This document shows, piece after piece, positions 35,878 through 44,694 of a DNA stretch of 63,794 bases. A program made the translations under genes and the position numbers. The first letter of the stretch is position 1. Each line of letters starts with the position of its first letter. The stretch is taken from positions 1 through 63,794 of the forward strand of contig JANXTU010000403.1 of the NCBI GenBank assembly GCA_025352235.1. The letters are read 5' to 3'. Origin of the DNA: Fimbriiglobus sp. (GTDB taxonomy: Bacteria; Planctomycetota; Planctomycetia; Gemmatales; Gemmataceae). The notes beneath the pieces are model-generated. The model was not told the origin of the DNA. It made no database searches and saw only the letters and a list, made by a program, of their open reading frames with translations.

Positions 35878-36690
35878 ATGTCGCCTACCTTGATCGTCGC
35901 GGCGCTGCTCGCATTCGCCCCGGCCCAAACCGCCGGCAAACTCGAGATCGCCAACGTCCGCAACACTTACGGCGTCTTGGGGCCAACGCGGGCCAACAGC
36001 AAACTCATCCCCGGCGACATTCTCTTCGTTTCGTACGACATCGAAGGCATCGCCATCAGCGACGAAGGACGAGTCCATTATTCGATGGTCATGGAAGTCG
36101 TCGATAAAAACGGCAAAGCGACGCTGAAGCAAGATCCGTTCGAGAAGATCGAACTCGTCCCGCTCGGCGGCAACCGGGTCGCGGCCCGGGCCTTCGTGAC
36201 CCTCGGCGTCGACCATCCGGCCGGGGAGTTCACGATGAAAGTGACCGTCACCGATATGTCCGTGAAGGATAAACCGAGTGCGACGCTCGAACGCAAGTTC
36301 GAAGTGCTGCCGCCCGACTTCGGCATCGTCGCCGTGTACGCTAGCTTGGACGAGCGTGGCCAAACGGCCGCGCCGACCACCGGCGTCGTCGGGCAAGCGG
36401 TGTTCATCAACTATACGGCCGTCGGCTTCAAACGCGACCCCGATAAGAAGCAGCCGAATCTTCGCTTCGAGATGATCCCCCTCGACGAGAACGGCAAGCC
36501 CTTGATGGCCAAGGCGCTCTTCCACGAGGGCAATGACCTAGACGAGAAACTGCCCAACTACACGGTCCGCTTCTTGCTGCCGATGAGCCGGCCCGGCAAG
36601 TTCAGCATCCGTCTGAGTTGCACCGACATCGTGACCAAGAAAACCGTCAGCGTCGATTTGCCGGTGACCGTCATCGCCGGCGAGAAGTAA
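35878..36690 (+). CDS. secreted protein with two tandem beta-sandwich-like repeats (hypothetical)
   Basis: Signal peptide MSPTLIVAALLAFAPAQTAG. Two roughly 130-aa halves share a pattern: LEIANVRNTYGVLGP...GEFTMKVTVTD versus FGIVAVYASLDERGQ...GKFSIRLSCTD. Confidence 0.6.
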   Translation: MSPTLIVAALLAFAPAQTAGKLEIANVRNTYGVLGPTRANSKLIPGDILFVSYDIEGIAISDEGRVHYSMVMEVVDKNGKATLKQDPFEKIELVPLGGNRVAARAFVTLGVDHPAGEFTMKVTVTDMSVKDKPSATLERKFEVLPPDFGIVAVYASLDERGQTAAPTTGVVGQAVFINYTAVGFKRDPDKKQPNLRFEMIPLDENGKPLMAKALFHEGNDLDEKLPNYTVRFLLPMSRPGKFSIRLSCTDIVTKKTVSVDLPVTVIAGEK

Positions 36691-36711
36691 ATCACCACCA
36701 CCGAGATTGTA

Positions 36712-37341
36712 ATGAGCGCTTTGGATGACCGCATCGCCCAGTTCGGGAAAATGACGACGGACGACCCCGAGAACGAACTCGGGCACTTCCGCCTCGGGCA
36801 GTTGTACATGGAGAACAACCAGCACGACGAGGCGGTGAAGTCGTTCGCCCGAACGCTCGAACTCTCCCCGCAGTTCTCGAAGGTCTACCAACTACTGGGC
36901 GAGTGCCACACGAAATTGGGCGACCCCGCCAAGGCCATCGAAGTGATGACCGCGGGGTACAAAGTCGCCGACGAACGCGGCGACAAGATGCCCCGCGATG
37001 CGATGGGGCTAGCCCTGAACAAACTCGGCGCCCCAACTCCCAATGCAGCCCCGGCCGTCGTCGTCGAAGACGACGGCATCGACACCGGCTTCCGCTGCCA
37101 ACGCCCCGGATGCGGGCAGGGCAAACGGGCCAAGCCGCTGGCCGCGTCGCCCATCGACGGGGTCGACGGACTCAGGATCGTCGGCGAAATTTGCGCCGAC
37201 TGTTGGAGCGGTTGGGTGAAGGACTACAGCGTCAAAGTCGTCAACGAACTCCGGCTCGATCTCAGCTCGGAGTTCGGCCAAGGCGAATACGACAAGCACA
37301 TGCGCGGCTACCTGGGCTTCGACGAACCCAAGAGTTTGTAA
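36712..37341 (+). CDS. TPR-like domain fused to a YggX-like Fe(2+)-trafficking domain
   Basis: N-terminal TPR-like helices (FRLGQLYMENNQHDEAVKSFARTLELSPQFSKVYQLLGECHTKLGD). The C-terminus FRCQRPGCG...ICADCWSGWVKDYSVKVVNELRLDLSSEFGQGEYDKHMRGYLGF follows the YggX pattern (W..W....iNE.rLd......l...M..fL.F). Confidence 0.65.
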   Translation: MSALDDRIAQFGKMTTDDPENELGHFRLGQLYMENNQHDEAVKSFARTLELSPQFSKVYQLLGECHTKLGDPAKAIEVMTAGYKVADERGDKMPRDAMGLALNKLGAPTPNAAPAVVVEDDGIDTGFRCQRPGCGQGKRAKPLAASPIDGVDGLRIVGEICADCWSGWVKDYSVKVVNELRLDLSSEFGQGEYDKHMRGYLGFDEPKSL

Positions 37342-37344
37342 CCC

Positions 37345-37983
37345 ATGCCCGACTACTTGGTCCAATACGGATCCTCAGCGTTCGTCGGCCGTTTTGCCGC
37401 TGACAACGACTTGTCACGCGGCGCGTCGGTCGTAATCCGAACCGCGCGCGGGCTCGAAATCGGGACGATGCTGTGCGAAGCGCGGGCCGCGACATCGTTC
37501 GACAGCGGCGGGGAATTGATTCGCGAAGTGCAATTGCCCGACGAAGCCGACCGGCTGTTAGCCAATCGATTGGCCGGCGAAATCCTCGACGCGGCGAACC
37601 TCACCGATCAGGCCGTGACCTTCCTCGATTGCGAAGTGACCCTCGACCGTCGCGGGGCGATCCTCCACGCCTTGCCCTGGGGCGAGTGTCAACTCGACGA
37701 TCATCTGGCGGCACTGTCCGACCGCTTCGACTTGGCCGTGCGACTGTTCGACGTTTCGCAAGGCAAGCCGCCGATCGATCCTCCCGAACCGAAAACCACC
37801 TGCGAGAAGCCCGGCTGCGGCACCGCCGAGGGGGGCTGCACCTCGTGCAGTACCGGCGCCTGCGGGACCGGGTCGTCGTGCAGCAAAGGGAAAGTGGAAT
37901 CGGCCGCGCAACTGACCTCGTATTTCGCCGACCTCCGGCAGAAAATGGAAGAGCAAGTGGCCGTGCGGACGCCACTGAATTAA
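37345..37983 (+). CDS. PSP1/RicT-like protein with a Cys-rich C-terminal segment
   Basis: VQYGSSAFVGRFAAD..GASVVIRTARGLEIGTMLCE and FLDCEVTLDRRGAILHALPWGECQLDDHLAALSDRFDLAVRLFDVS parallel the RicT/YaaT PSP1 blocks (VETxRGxExG; DVEFTFDRxKxxFYF...RxELRQIG). The tail is CEKPGCGTAEGGCTSCSTGACGTGSSC. Confidence 0.55.
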   Translation: MPDYLVQYGSSAFVGRFAADNDLSRGASVVIRTARGLEIGTMLCEARAATSFDSGGELIREVQLPDEADRLLANRLAGEILDAANLTDQAVTFLDCEVTLDRRGAILHALPWGECQLDDHLAALSDRFDLAVRLFDVSQGKPPIDPPEPKTTCEKPGCGTAEGGCTSCSTGACGTGSSCSKGKVESAAQLTSYFADLRQKMEEQVAVRTPLN

Positions 37984-38069
37984 CTGTGGCAACACGTTTT
38001 TAACGTGTTTGACTATCTGATCGATCCACTGACACGTTGGAAACGTGTCACCACGTTTGGAGACCTACC

Positions 38070-39188
38070 ATGCGCCGGTTGGCCATCCCACTTGCCTTGC
38101 TCCTGTTCGGCACGACCGCTTCGGCGGCCGAACTCGATACACCCCTCAAAGTGATCAACTCTGTCGGCAAAGAGGGCGTCGGCAACGCCGCGGCCGCGAA
38201 AGCGTGGGCCGAGTTGGTGAAGGCCGGGCCGGACGCCCTCTTGCCGATCTTGAACGCCATCGACGACGCCAAGCCGACGGCCGCGAACTGGCTGCGCACC
38301 GCCATCGACGCCATCGCCGAGAAACAGGCGGCCGCGGGTGAGAAGTTCAATGATGATATTCTGGCCACTTTCATCCGCGATCAAAAAAACAGCCCGACCG
38401 CTCGAACGGTGGCTTTCGAAGTTTTTGAGAAACAGGATCCGGTTCGCTCCGATGTCTTCTTGGTCGGGTTCATCCGCGATCCTTCGCTGGAACTCCGTCG
38501 CAAGGGTGTGCAGAAACATCTCACCCTCTTCAAGGACAGCCCCAGTTCTTTACAGATGATTTTCGAGGCCGCGCGGGACAAAGACCAAGTCGAATCGATC
38601 GCGAAGGAACTCGAAAAACTCAAACTGCCCGCGAACATCACCAAGCACTACGGCTACATCACGCAGTGGGCACTTTCGGAAGATTTCGACAACAAAGACG
38701 GCCTCGGATTTGGCAAAGCTTTCGCCCCGGAAACGGCCGTGGAACGGAAGGGTTGGAAAGCCGCCCAAAGCAGTGCGACCTACGGTTTGATCGACCTCAA
38801 CGCCGCCGTCGGCAAGAAAATGAACGCGGTCGTGTACTCGTCGGCGATCCTGGAAGCCGACGCGGAGACGCCCGCCGAGATCCGCGTCGCCAGTCAGAAC
38901 GCCATCAAAATCTACCTGAACGGTAAAGAGATCTTCGCCCGAGAAGAGTATCACCACGGCACGAAGATGGATCAACACATCGCCAAAGTGATACTGACGA
39001 AAGGCAAGAATTCGATCTTGCTGAAGGTGTGCCAGAACGACATGCCCTACGATTGGGCCCAAGTCTGGGGCTTTGCGGCCCGCGTCTGCGACGCCACCGG
39101 CGGCTCGCTGAAACTGAAACAACGGGTTGATGACAAGCCGGTGTCACTCGGCGAACTCGCCCCCGCGACCCCGAAGGAGAACAAGTGA
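38070..39188 (+). CDS. secreted protein with an alpha-helical (HEAT-like) N-half and a beta-sandwich-like C-half (hypothetical)
   Basis: Signal peptide MRRLAIPLALLLFGTTASA with ATG at 38070. Coding-like composition. No specific family recognised. Confidence 0.6.
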   Translation: MRRLAIPLALLLFGTTASAAELDTPLKVINSVGKEGVGNAAAAKAWAELVKAGPDALLPILNAIDDAKPTAANWLRTAIDAIAEKQAAAGEKFNDDILATFIRDQKNSPTARTVAFEVFEKQDPVRSDVFLVGFIRDPSLELRRKGVQKHLTLFKDSPSSLQMIFEAARDKDQVESIAKELEKLKLPANITKHYGYITQWALSEDFDNKDGLGFGKAFAPETAVERKGWKAAQSSATYGLIDLNAAVGKKMNAVVYSSAILEADAETPAEIRVASQNAIKIYLNGKEIFAREEYHHGTKMDQHIAKVILTKGKNSILLKVCQNDMPYDWAQVWGFAARVCDATGGSLKLKQRVDDKPVSLGELAPATPKENK

Positions 39189-40399
39189 TGCGCCCGATCT
39201 TCGCGCTGGTTTTGATCGCCTCCGCATCGCCGCTGGTCGCCGCCGATTGGCCCCAGTTCAAAGGGGCCAATGGCTCCGGTGTCTCGTCCGAAAAAGATCT
39301 GCCCGTGAAGTTCACGGACAAAGACGGCCTCCGCTGGAAGGTGCCACTCCCGGCCCGCGGCGTTTCGTCGCCCGTTGTCTTCGGCGACAAAGTGTACGTC
39401 ACCTGCAGCGCCGGCACGCGCGATGATCGTCTGCAATTGCTGGCGTTCGACACGGCCACCGGCAAGAAACTTTGGCAGCGAAACATTGCCGCGACGGGCG
39501 GCACCACGGCCCACCCGAAGACTTGTATGGCCGCGCCGACGCCGGTCGCCGACGACACCGGGATCTACGCCCTCTTCGCCACCGGCGATGTTTTGGCCTG
39601 CGGCCACGACGGCGCCGTCCTCTGGGTCCGCTCCCTCACCGGGGACTATCCGACCATCTCGAACCAAGTCGGTATGGCCTCGTCGCCGGTGCTCTACAAA
39701 GACAAACTCATCGTGCCGATGGACAACGCCGGGGAATCGTTCCTCGCGGCGATCGACACCCAGACCGGCAAGAATCTTTGGAAGACCGAGCGGTCGCGCG
39801 ACATCAATTGGGTCACGCCCGTCATCCGCGAGTTGAACAGCACCGACGCCGAAGTCTTCTACCAGAGCCAGAAAGAACTCGTCGCCTACGACGCGGCCGA
39901 CGGCAAGAAAAAGTGGAGCCACAAAGCCGGGAGTTCGTCGCCGACGCCGACGTTGGTCGAAGGATTGTTCCTGACGAGCAGCGATGGCCTGTCGTTGATG
40001 AAGCCGACCGAAAACAAACTCGAAGACGTTTGGAAGTCGGCGAAGTACCGCACGGGCTATTCGTCGCCGCTGTTCTACGATGGCAAAATCTACGCGGCGA
40101 TCCCGTCGACGGGCATCGTCTATTGCATCGACGCCAAGACCGGCAAAGCGGTTTGGGACGAGAAAGTACCGGGGAAGGGGAAGCAAACGTTCTCCGCATC
40201 GCCGGTCGCCGGGGATGGCAAAATCTACGTCCTCAGCGAGTCGGGCACGGTCGCCGTATTCAAAGCCGGGGGCGCGGAAGCGGAACTCCTCGGCAGCAGC
40301 GAAGTGGGCGAAGAGCTGCTGGCGACCCCGGCGATCTCCGGCGGGGCCGTTTTCATCCGCAGCGATAAAAGCCTGATTTGCATGGGAGCGAAGAAGTGA
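39185..40399 (+). CDS. secreted PQQ-like (BamB-type) beta-propeller repeat protein
   Basis: Signal peptide MMRPIFALVLIASASPLVAA followed by DWPQFKGANGSG. Repeated 'SSPVv.gdkvYv....g.l.a.D..tGk.lW' blades. GTG 39185 and ATG 39188 both overlap the upstream stop. Confidence 0.8.
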   Translation: MMRPIFALVLIASASPLVAADWPQFKGANGSGVSSEKDLPVKFTDKDGLRWKVPLPARGVSSPVVFGDKVYVTCSAGTRDDRLQLLAFDTATGKKLWQRNIAATGGTTAHPKTCMAAPTPVADDTGIYALFATGDVLACGHDGAVLWVRSLTGDYPTISNQVGMASSPVLYKDKLIVPMDNAGESFLAAIDTQTGKNLWKTERSRDINWVTPVIRELNSTDAEVFYQSQKELVAYDAADGKKKWSHKAGSSSPTPTLVEGLFLTSSDGLSLMKPTENKLEDVWKSAKYRTGYSSPLFYDGKIYAAIPSTGIVYCIDAKTGKAVWDEKVPGKGKQTFSASPVAGDGKIYVLSESGTVAVFKAGGAEAELLGSSEVGEELLATPAISGGAVFIRSDKSLICMGAKK

Positions 40400-40411
40400 A
40401 GCCGAACCGGC

Positions 40412-40960
40412 TCACTTCTTTTTGATCGCCTTCGTCAAAGATTCGATCACATCCTTCGCGTCGGTATCGTTGACCGATTCGTACGCGAAGGATTTCACCA
40501 CTTTTCCGCCGATGACCACGACCGCCGTCAGGTGGGCGGCGCTGTTGACGCCCCAGCCGTTCGGGCCGTTCGCGTCGCCATTGAACACCGTCAGAGCCGA
40601 CTTGGAATACGGCACGGCCTTCGCCAACTTCGGCATGTATTCTTTGTTCTTGTCGAAATCGCCGCCGCACCAGACGATCACCGCCATCGCCTTCTCGCTC
40701 GCGTCGGCGAGTTTACCGTCGACCGTCAGCATGTACTTGTTCATGGGCCGGGAGAATTTCTCGGCGTTGACGAAGAAGTAGATCGTCGGTTCGTCCTTGC
40801 GTTCTTTGGCGTAGTCGACTTCCTTGTCTTCGATCGTGCCGGTGACGGCGTGGACTTTGAGGGCACCGACTTTGTCCCCAATCTTGGGGCCCGATTCGAC
40901 ATCGGCATAAACGGAGTTGGAAGCGGCGAGGATGAACAGCGAGGCGAAGGCGAGACGCAT
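40412..40960 (-). CDS. secreted hypothetical protein
   Basis: Signal peptide MRLAFASLFILAASNSVYA when the start is placed at Met30 of the ORF. Coding-like composition. No family recognised. Confidence 0.55.
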   Translation of the reverse strand: MRLAFASLFILAASNSVYADVESGPKIGDKVGALKVHAVTGTIEDKEVDYAKERKDEPTIYFFVNAEKFSRPMNKYMLTVDGKLADASEKAMAVIVWCGGDFDKNKEYMPKLAKAVPYSKSALTVFNGDANGPNGWGVNSAAHLTAVVVIGGKVVKSFAYESVNDTDAKDVIESLTKAIKKK

Positions 40961-40971
40961 GGGATTTCCGA

Positions 40972-41319
40972 TCAATCGGGGGTGATGGACAGCGGATATT
41001 CGGGGATGGCCAACCGCAATTTCGGGATCGCTTGCAAGCGCCGCCAACCCCGCGTCACGCGGATTTCTTCGGCGATCACATAGTCGGCGGAGAGCGTCCG
41101 TTTGTCAAACGGACCGTCGCAGATGACGGGCTGCCAACCCTCCGCGACGATGTATTGCGCTACCGCCGGGTTGCACGGCACGTGCCGCTCCGGCTGCAAA
41201 TGCAGGCCCTCCAACGGCACTTCGCCCATGATGTAGCGGAGGTACAAATCGGAATCGACCACGGCTTCCACCATCTGCCCGCAGACTTCGCACGGGTAGC
41301 CTTCGTCGCATTTCGCCAT
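40972..41319 (-). CDS. small Cys-containing hypothetical protein
   Basis: MAKCDEGYPCEVCGQ... has a C-x6-C-x2-C N-terminal knuckle. It lies 11 nt upstream of the next gene on the same strand. Confidence 0.45.
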   Translation of the reverse strand: MAKCDEGYPCEVCGQMVEAVVDSDLYLRYIMGEVPLEGLHLQPERHVPCNPAVAQYIVAEGWQPVICDGPFDKRTLSADYVIAEEIRVTRGWRRLQAIPKLRLAIPEYPLSITPD

Positions 41320-41385
41320 GGGTTCACCATTCAATTTCGCTCCGACCTACTACAATTACACTTGGTATCTCGCGATGAGTTGTCA

Positions 41386-42165
41386 ATGGGCGTTCTCGAT
41401 TCCTTCCGACTCGCTGGGCAAACCGCCTTAGTCACCGGAGGAAGCCGGGGATTGGGCCGGGCGATGGCTTTCGCTCTCGCTGAGGCCGGGGCTGATTTGA
41501 TCCTCGTTGGTCGAGATTACGGGTCGCTCGTTCTCGCGCAGATGGAACTGCTCGAACTCGGTCGCGAGATCGACATCTTCGTCGCCGACGTGGGAACGCC
41601 AAAAGGGGCGGCGGATGCCTGCGAACAAGCACTGGGTCTCGAAAAGCCGATCGACATCTTGCTGAACAACGTCGGCGGCCGGCGGGCCGATGTTGCCACG
41701 GAAGATGTGACCATCGAGCAGTGGAAGGGCTTCTTCGATTTGAACCTGACGGGCGCGCTCGTCTGTTGTCAGAAGATCGGGAAGCCGATGATCGACCGCG
41801 GCCGCGGGTCGATCATCAACATCACGAGCATCGCGGGGCCAATTGCGATCCGCGGCATCGGCGGGCGGCATTACGAAGCGTCGAAGGCGGCGCTCGCGGC
41901 GCTGACGCGATCCCTCGCGGCCGATTGGGCCGGGCGCGGCGTCCGAGTCAACGCCATCGCGCCCGGCGTCTTCGCGACGGGGCCGAATGAAAAGTGGTTC
42001 GCGGAGAAGCCGGAGTTTGAAGCGTCGTTCCTCGGGCACATTCCGATGGGGCGCTTCGGCGAACCGGCGGAGCTCGGGCCCGCTGCCGTGTTCTTGGCGA
42101 GCGACGCGAGTAGTTACATGACCGGCGCGACGCTGGTCCTCGACGGTGGTTTCACGCTTTGGTGA
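41386..42165 (+). CDS. SDR-family oxidoreductase (gluconate-5-dehydrogenase/FabG-like)
   Basis: TGGSRGLG cofactor motif, NNVG, catalytic S...YEASKAAL (YxxxK), and PGVFAT. The start is chosen at MGVLDSF (41386). Confidence 0.9.
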   Translation: MGVLDSFRLAGQTALVTGGSRGLGRAMAFALAEAGADLILVGRDYGSLVLAQMELLELGREIDIFVADVGTPKGAADACEQALGLEKPIDILLNNVGGRRADVATEDVTIEQWKGFFDLNLTGALVCCQKIGKPMIDRGRGSIINITSIAGPIAIRGIGGRHYEASKAALAALTRSLAADWAGRGVRVNAIAPGVFATGPNEKWFAEKPEFEASFLGHIPMGRFGEPAELGPAAVFLASDASSYMTGATLVLDGGFTLW

Positions 42166-42178
42166 GAGAGAGTTTGCA

Positions 42179-43816
42179 ATGCGACTTCCGATGGTGGCGA
42201 TCGTGGGCCGGCCGAACGTCGGCAAATCGGCGATGTTCAACATGCTGGCCGGTCGAAGGATCAGCATCGTCGAACCGACGGCTGGGGTGACGCGCGACCG
42301 CATCGCCACGACCGTCGGCGTGCGCGACCGCTTTTTCGAACTCGTCGACACGGGCGGCATGGGCATCCTCGATGTCGACGACCTGACGGACGAAGTCGAA
42401 CGGCAGATCCGCATCGCCATCGACGAAGCGACCCTCGTCGTCTTCGTCGTCGATATTCGCAACGGCGTGGTCCCGCTCGACGAGATCGTCGCCCAGCGTC
42501 TCCGGAGTGTCGGCAAGCCGGTGATCTTCGTCGCCAACAAAGCCGACGACATGAAGCACGACGCCGGGACGAGCGAACTCTATCGCTTGGGTTACGGCGA
42601 ACCGATCTGCACGAGCGCCAACTCCAAACGCGGCGTCGAAGAACTGCTCTTCGCCATCTACGAAAAACTCCCCGAAGACACGCCGACCGAAGCACCGGGC
42701 AACGCCGAATTGAAGCTCGCCATCGTCGGCCGGCGCAACGTTGGCAAGAGCACATTCATCAACAGCCTCGCCGAAGAAGACCGCGTGATCGTGTCCGAAG
42801 TCGCGGGGACAACGCGAGACAGCATCGACGTACGCTTCGAGCGCGACGGCAAAGTTCTGCTCGCGATCGACACCGCTGGGGTCCGCAAGAAGCGCAGCCT
42901 CGCGTCCGACATCGAATATTATTCGATGCACCGGGCCGAGCGTTCGATCCGCCGGGCCGATGTGGTGCTGCACTTTTTCGATCCACGCTGGAAGATCAGC
43001 CGGGTCGACAAGCAATTGGCCGAGTACATCCTCATCCACCACAAGCCGGCGATCTTCGTCGTCAACAAGTGGGACTTGGCGCGAGATAAGATCGCCACCG
43101 AGAAGTGGACGCAGTACCTGCGCAAAGTGTTCTCGATGCTCGATTACGTACCGATCGCGTACATCACGGCGAAGAACGGCAAGAACGTCACACGGTTGTT
43201 GAACCTCGCCACGCAACTTTACAAGCAAGCCGGGCGACGGGCCAAGACCGGCGAACTCAACCGGGTCATTCAAGAGGCGATGCTCGCGAGCAACCCCGCC
43301 GTCCGCGGCAACCGGATTCCGAAGGTTTACTACGTCACCCAAGTGGGGACGCACCCGCCGACGATCGTGATCGTTACGAATGAACCGGATTTGTTCGACG
43401 AGACGTACATCCGCTACATGACGAAGACGATCCGCGACAACTTCCAATACACGGAAGTGCCGTTGAAGGTGATCTTCCGGACCAAGGGAGAAGCGTCGTC
43501 GTATGCCGCGCGGCGGCGGATGAAGGCCGAGGAACTCGGGCTCGATCTGGACTTCCCGGAAGTGCTGGACGCCGTCGAAGAATTGAAACGCACGCCCGTT
43601 GAGTTGCCCGAAGAACTCGGCGACGAACCGATGCCGTTCGACGAACCGGACGACGCCGAGGAATTCGACCCCGCGGAACTCGACGGCGACGATGACAATT
43701 CCGGCCCCGCGACGCCGATGTTGCCGACGAAAAAGAAGACGGACAAGCCGGCGTACGTCTACGAGCCAGAGAAGCAGAAGAAAAAGAAGCCGCCCTCGGC
43801 GACGTGGAACGTGTGA
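42179..43816 (+). CDS. der: ribosome-associated GTPase Der/EngA with a roughly 100-aa acidic then Lys-rich C-terminal extension
   Basis: Two G domains: GRPNVGKSAMFN..DTGG..NKAD and GRRNVGKSTFINS..DTAG..NKWD. A KH-like domain follows, then the tail EELGDEPMPFDEPDDAEEFDPAELDGDDD...KKKTDKP...KQKKKKPP. Confidence 0.9.
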   Translation: MRLPMVAIVGRPNVGKSAMFNMLAGRRISIVEPTAGVTRDRIATTVGVRDRFFELVDTGGMGILDVDDLTDEVERQIRIAIDEATLVVFVVDIRNGVVPLDEIVAQRLRSVGKPVIFVANKADDMKHDAGTSELYRLGYGEPICTSANSKRGVEELLFAIYEKLPEDTPTEAPGNAELKLAIVGRRNVGKSTFINSLAEEDRVIVSEVAGTTRDSIDVRFERDGKVLLAIDTAGVRKKRSLASDIEYYSMHRAERSIRRADVVLHFFDPRWKISRVDKQLAEYILIHHKPAIFVVNKWDLARDKIATEKWTQYLRKVFSMLDYVPIAYITAKNGKNVTRLLNLATQLYKQAGRRAKTGELNRVIQEAMLASNPAVRGNRIPKVYYVTQVGTHPPTIVIVTNEPDLFDETYIRYMTKTIRDNFQYTEVPLKVIFRTKGEASSYAARRRMKAEELGLDLDFPEVLDAVEELKRTPVELPEELGDEPMPFDEPDDAEEFDPAELDGDDDNSGPATPMLPTKKKTDKPAYVYEPEKQKKKKPPSATWNV

Positions 43817-43876
43817 GGACGACTTGACTGCCGAAACTCGCGCGCTACAATATTATTGGACTGGGGAACCCGGTCG

Positions 43877-43919
43877 GCCAAATGGTTTCGGCGGAACGCC
43901 GGTGCCTTTGGCTTTTTTT
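43877..43919 (+). terminator. candidate rho-independent terminator after der
   Basis: Nested hairpin with an outer stem GCCAAA (43878-43883) / TTTGGC (43907-43912) and an inner stem CGGCG-GAA-CGCCG (43889-43901). A T7 run follows at 43913-43919 and overlaps the stop codon of the convergent gene. Confidence 0.5.
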
Positions 43920-44661
43920 ACGGATATGTCTTTAGGCCGTGCCATTCGACTCGGCCTGTGGCCGGGTCTCGATGCAATTTCTTCTCGATACTGTCGTAGG
44001 CCCGATTCGCTTGAGCCGGATTGATCACATATCTTCCAATCGGTCGTGCGGTGAGGTCGGCCAACTGAAGCCCCGTGGAATTCGCCTGCTTCCCGGCCAC
44101 CGTGATTTCAAAATTGAAGGGTTTGCGCACGAAATTCGCCCCGGCGCAAACGCGTCGAAATTCCAGCTCCAATTCACCGTCCTCGCGTTTGCCGCGCGCT
44201 TCGAATATGAAATTGACGAGCCGATCGGTCGCCTCGCGGTGGGCCAGGAAATTCGCCACACTATCGAGTCCCAATTGTACGGCCAAATGGTAGAGGTTGT
44301 GTCGCACGGAGTGTTTCGCGACGAAGGCTTCTTTCCAGATGACAGCCGCGACAATTGTGAAAGGGCTATCATCGACCCACGATCCCAAATCCGCATGGAA
44401 TTCACCGCGACGATTCGCATCGGTGAGGAACGAGAAAGAACCCTCTGCTTTGCGGATTTCGCGCTCGTGGAAAACGACCATATCGTGACCGAAGTGTTTG
44501 AATTTGAGACGCTGAAAAGCCGGTACGACCCGCGTGATGTACTCGTCCTTTCGGAAGATGCAAAACGTCAGCACAAAGATGGGGAAATCGGAGTTGATCT
44601 TACCCAAACTGTGGTCGCCGCTCTCGTCGACGTACACGATGTAATCGCTGTAGTTTTGCAT
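43918..44661 (-). CDS. DUF3800 family protein
   Basis: N-terminus YIVYVDESGDHSL...FPIFVLTFCIF is the DUF3800 hallmark (DESG). Two hand-counted 100-nt samples gave 55 and 52 G+C, against 65 in a housekeeping sample. Confidence 0.7.
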   Translation of the reverse strand: MQNYSDYIVYVDESGDHSLGKINSDFPIFVLTFCIFRKDEYITRVVPAFQRLKFKHFGHDMVVFHEREIRKAEGSFSFLTDANRRGEFHADLGSWVDDSPFTIVAAVIWKEAFVAKHSVRHNLYHLAVQLGLDSVANFLAHREATDRLVNFIFEARGKREDGELELEFRRVCAGANFVRKPFNFEITVAGKQANSTGLQLADLTARPIGRYVINPAQANRAYDSIEKKLHRDPATGRVEWHGLKTYP

Positions 44662-44694
44662 GAGACCTCTTCCGATCGGCCGGAGTGATTATGC

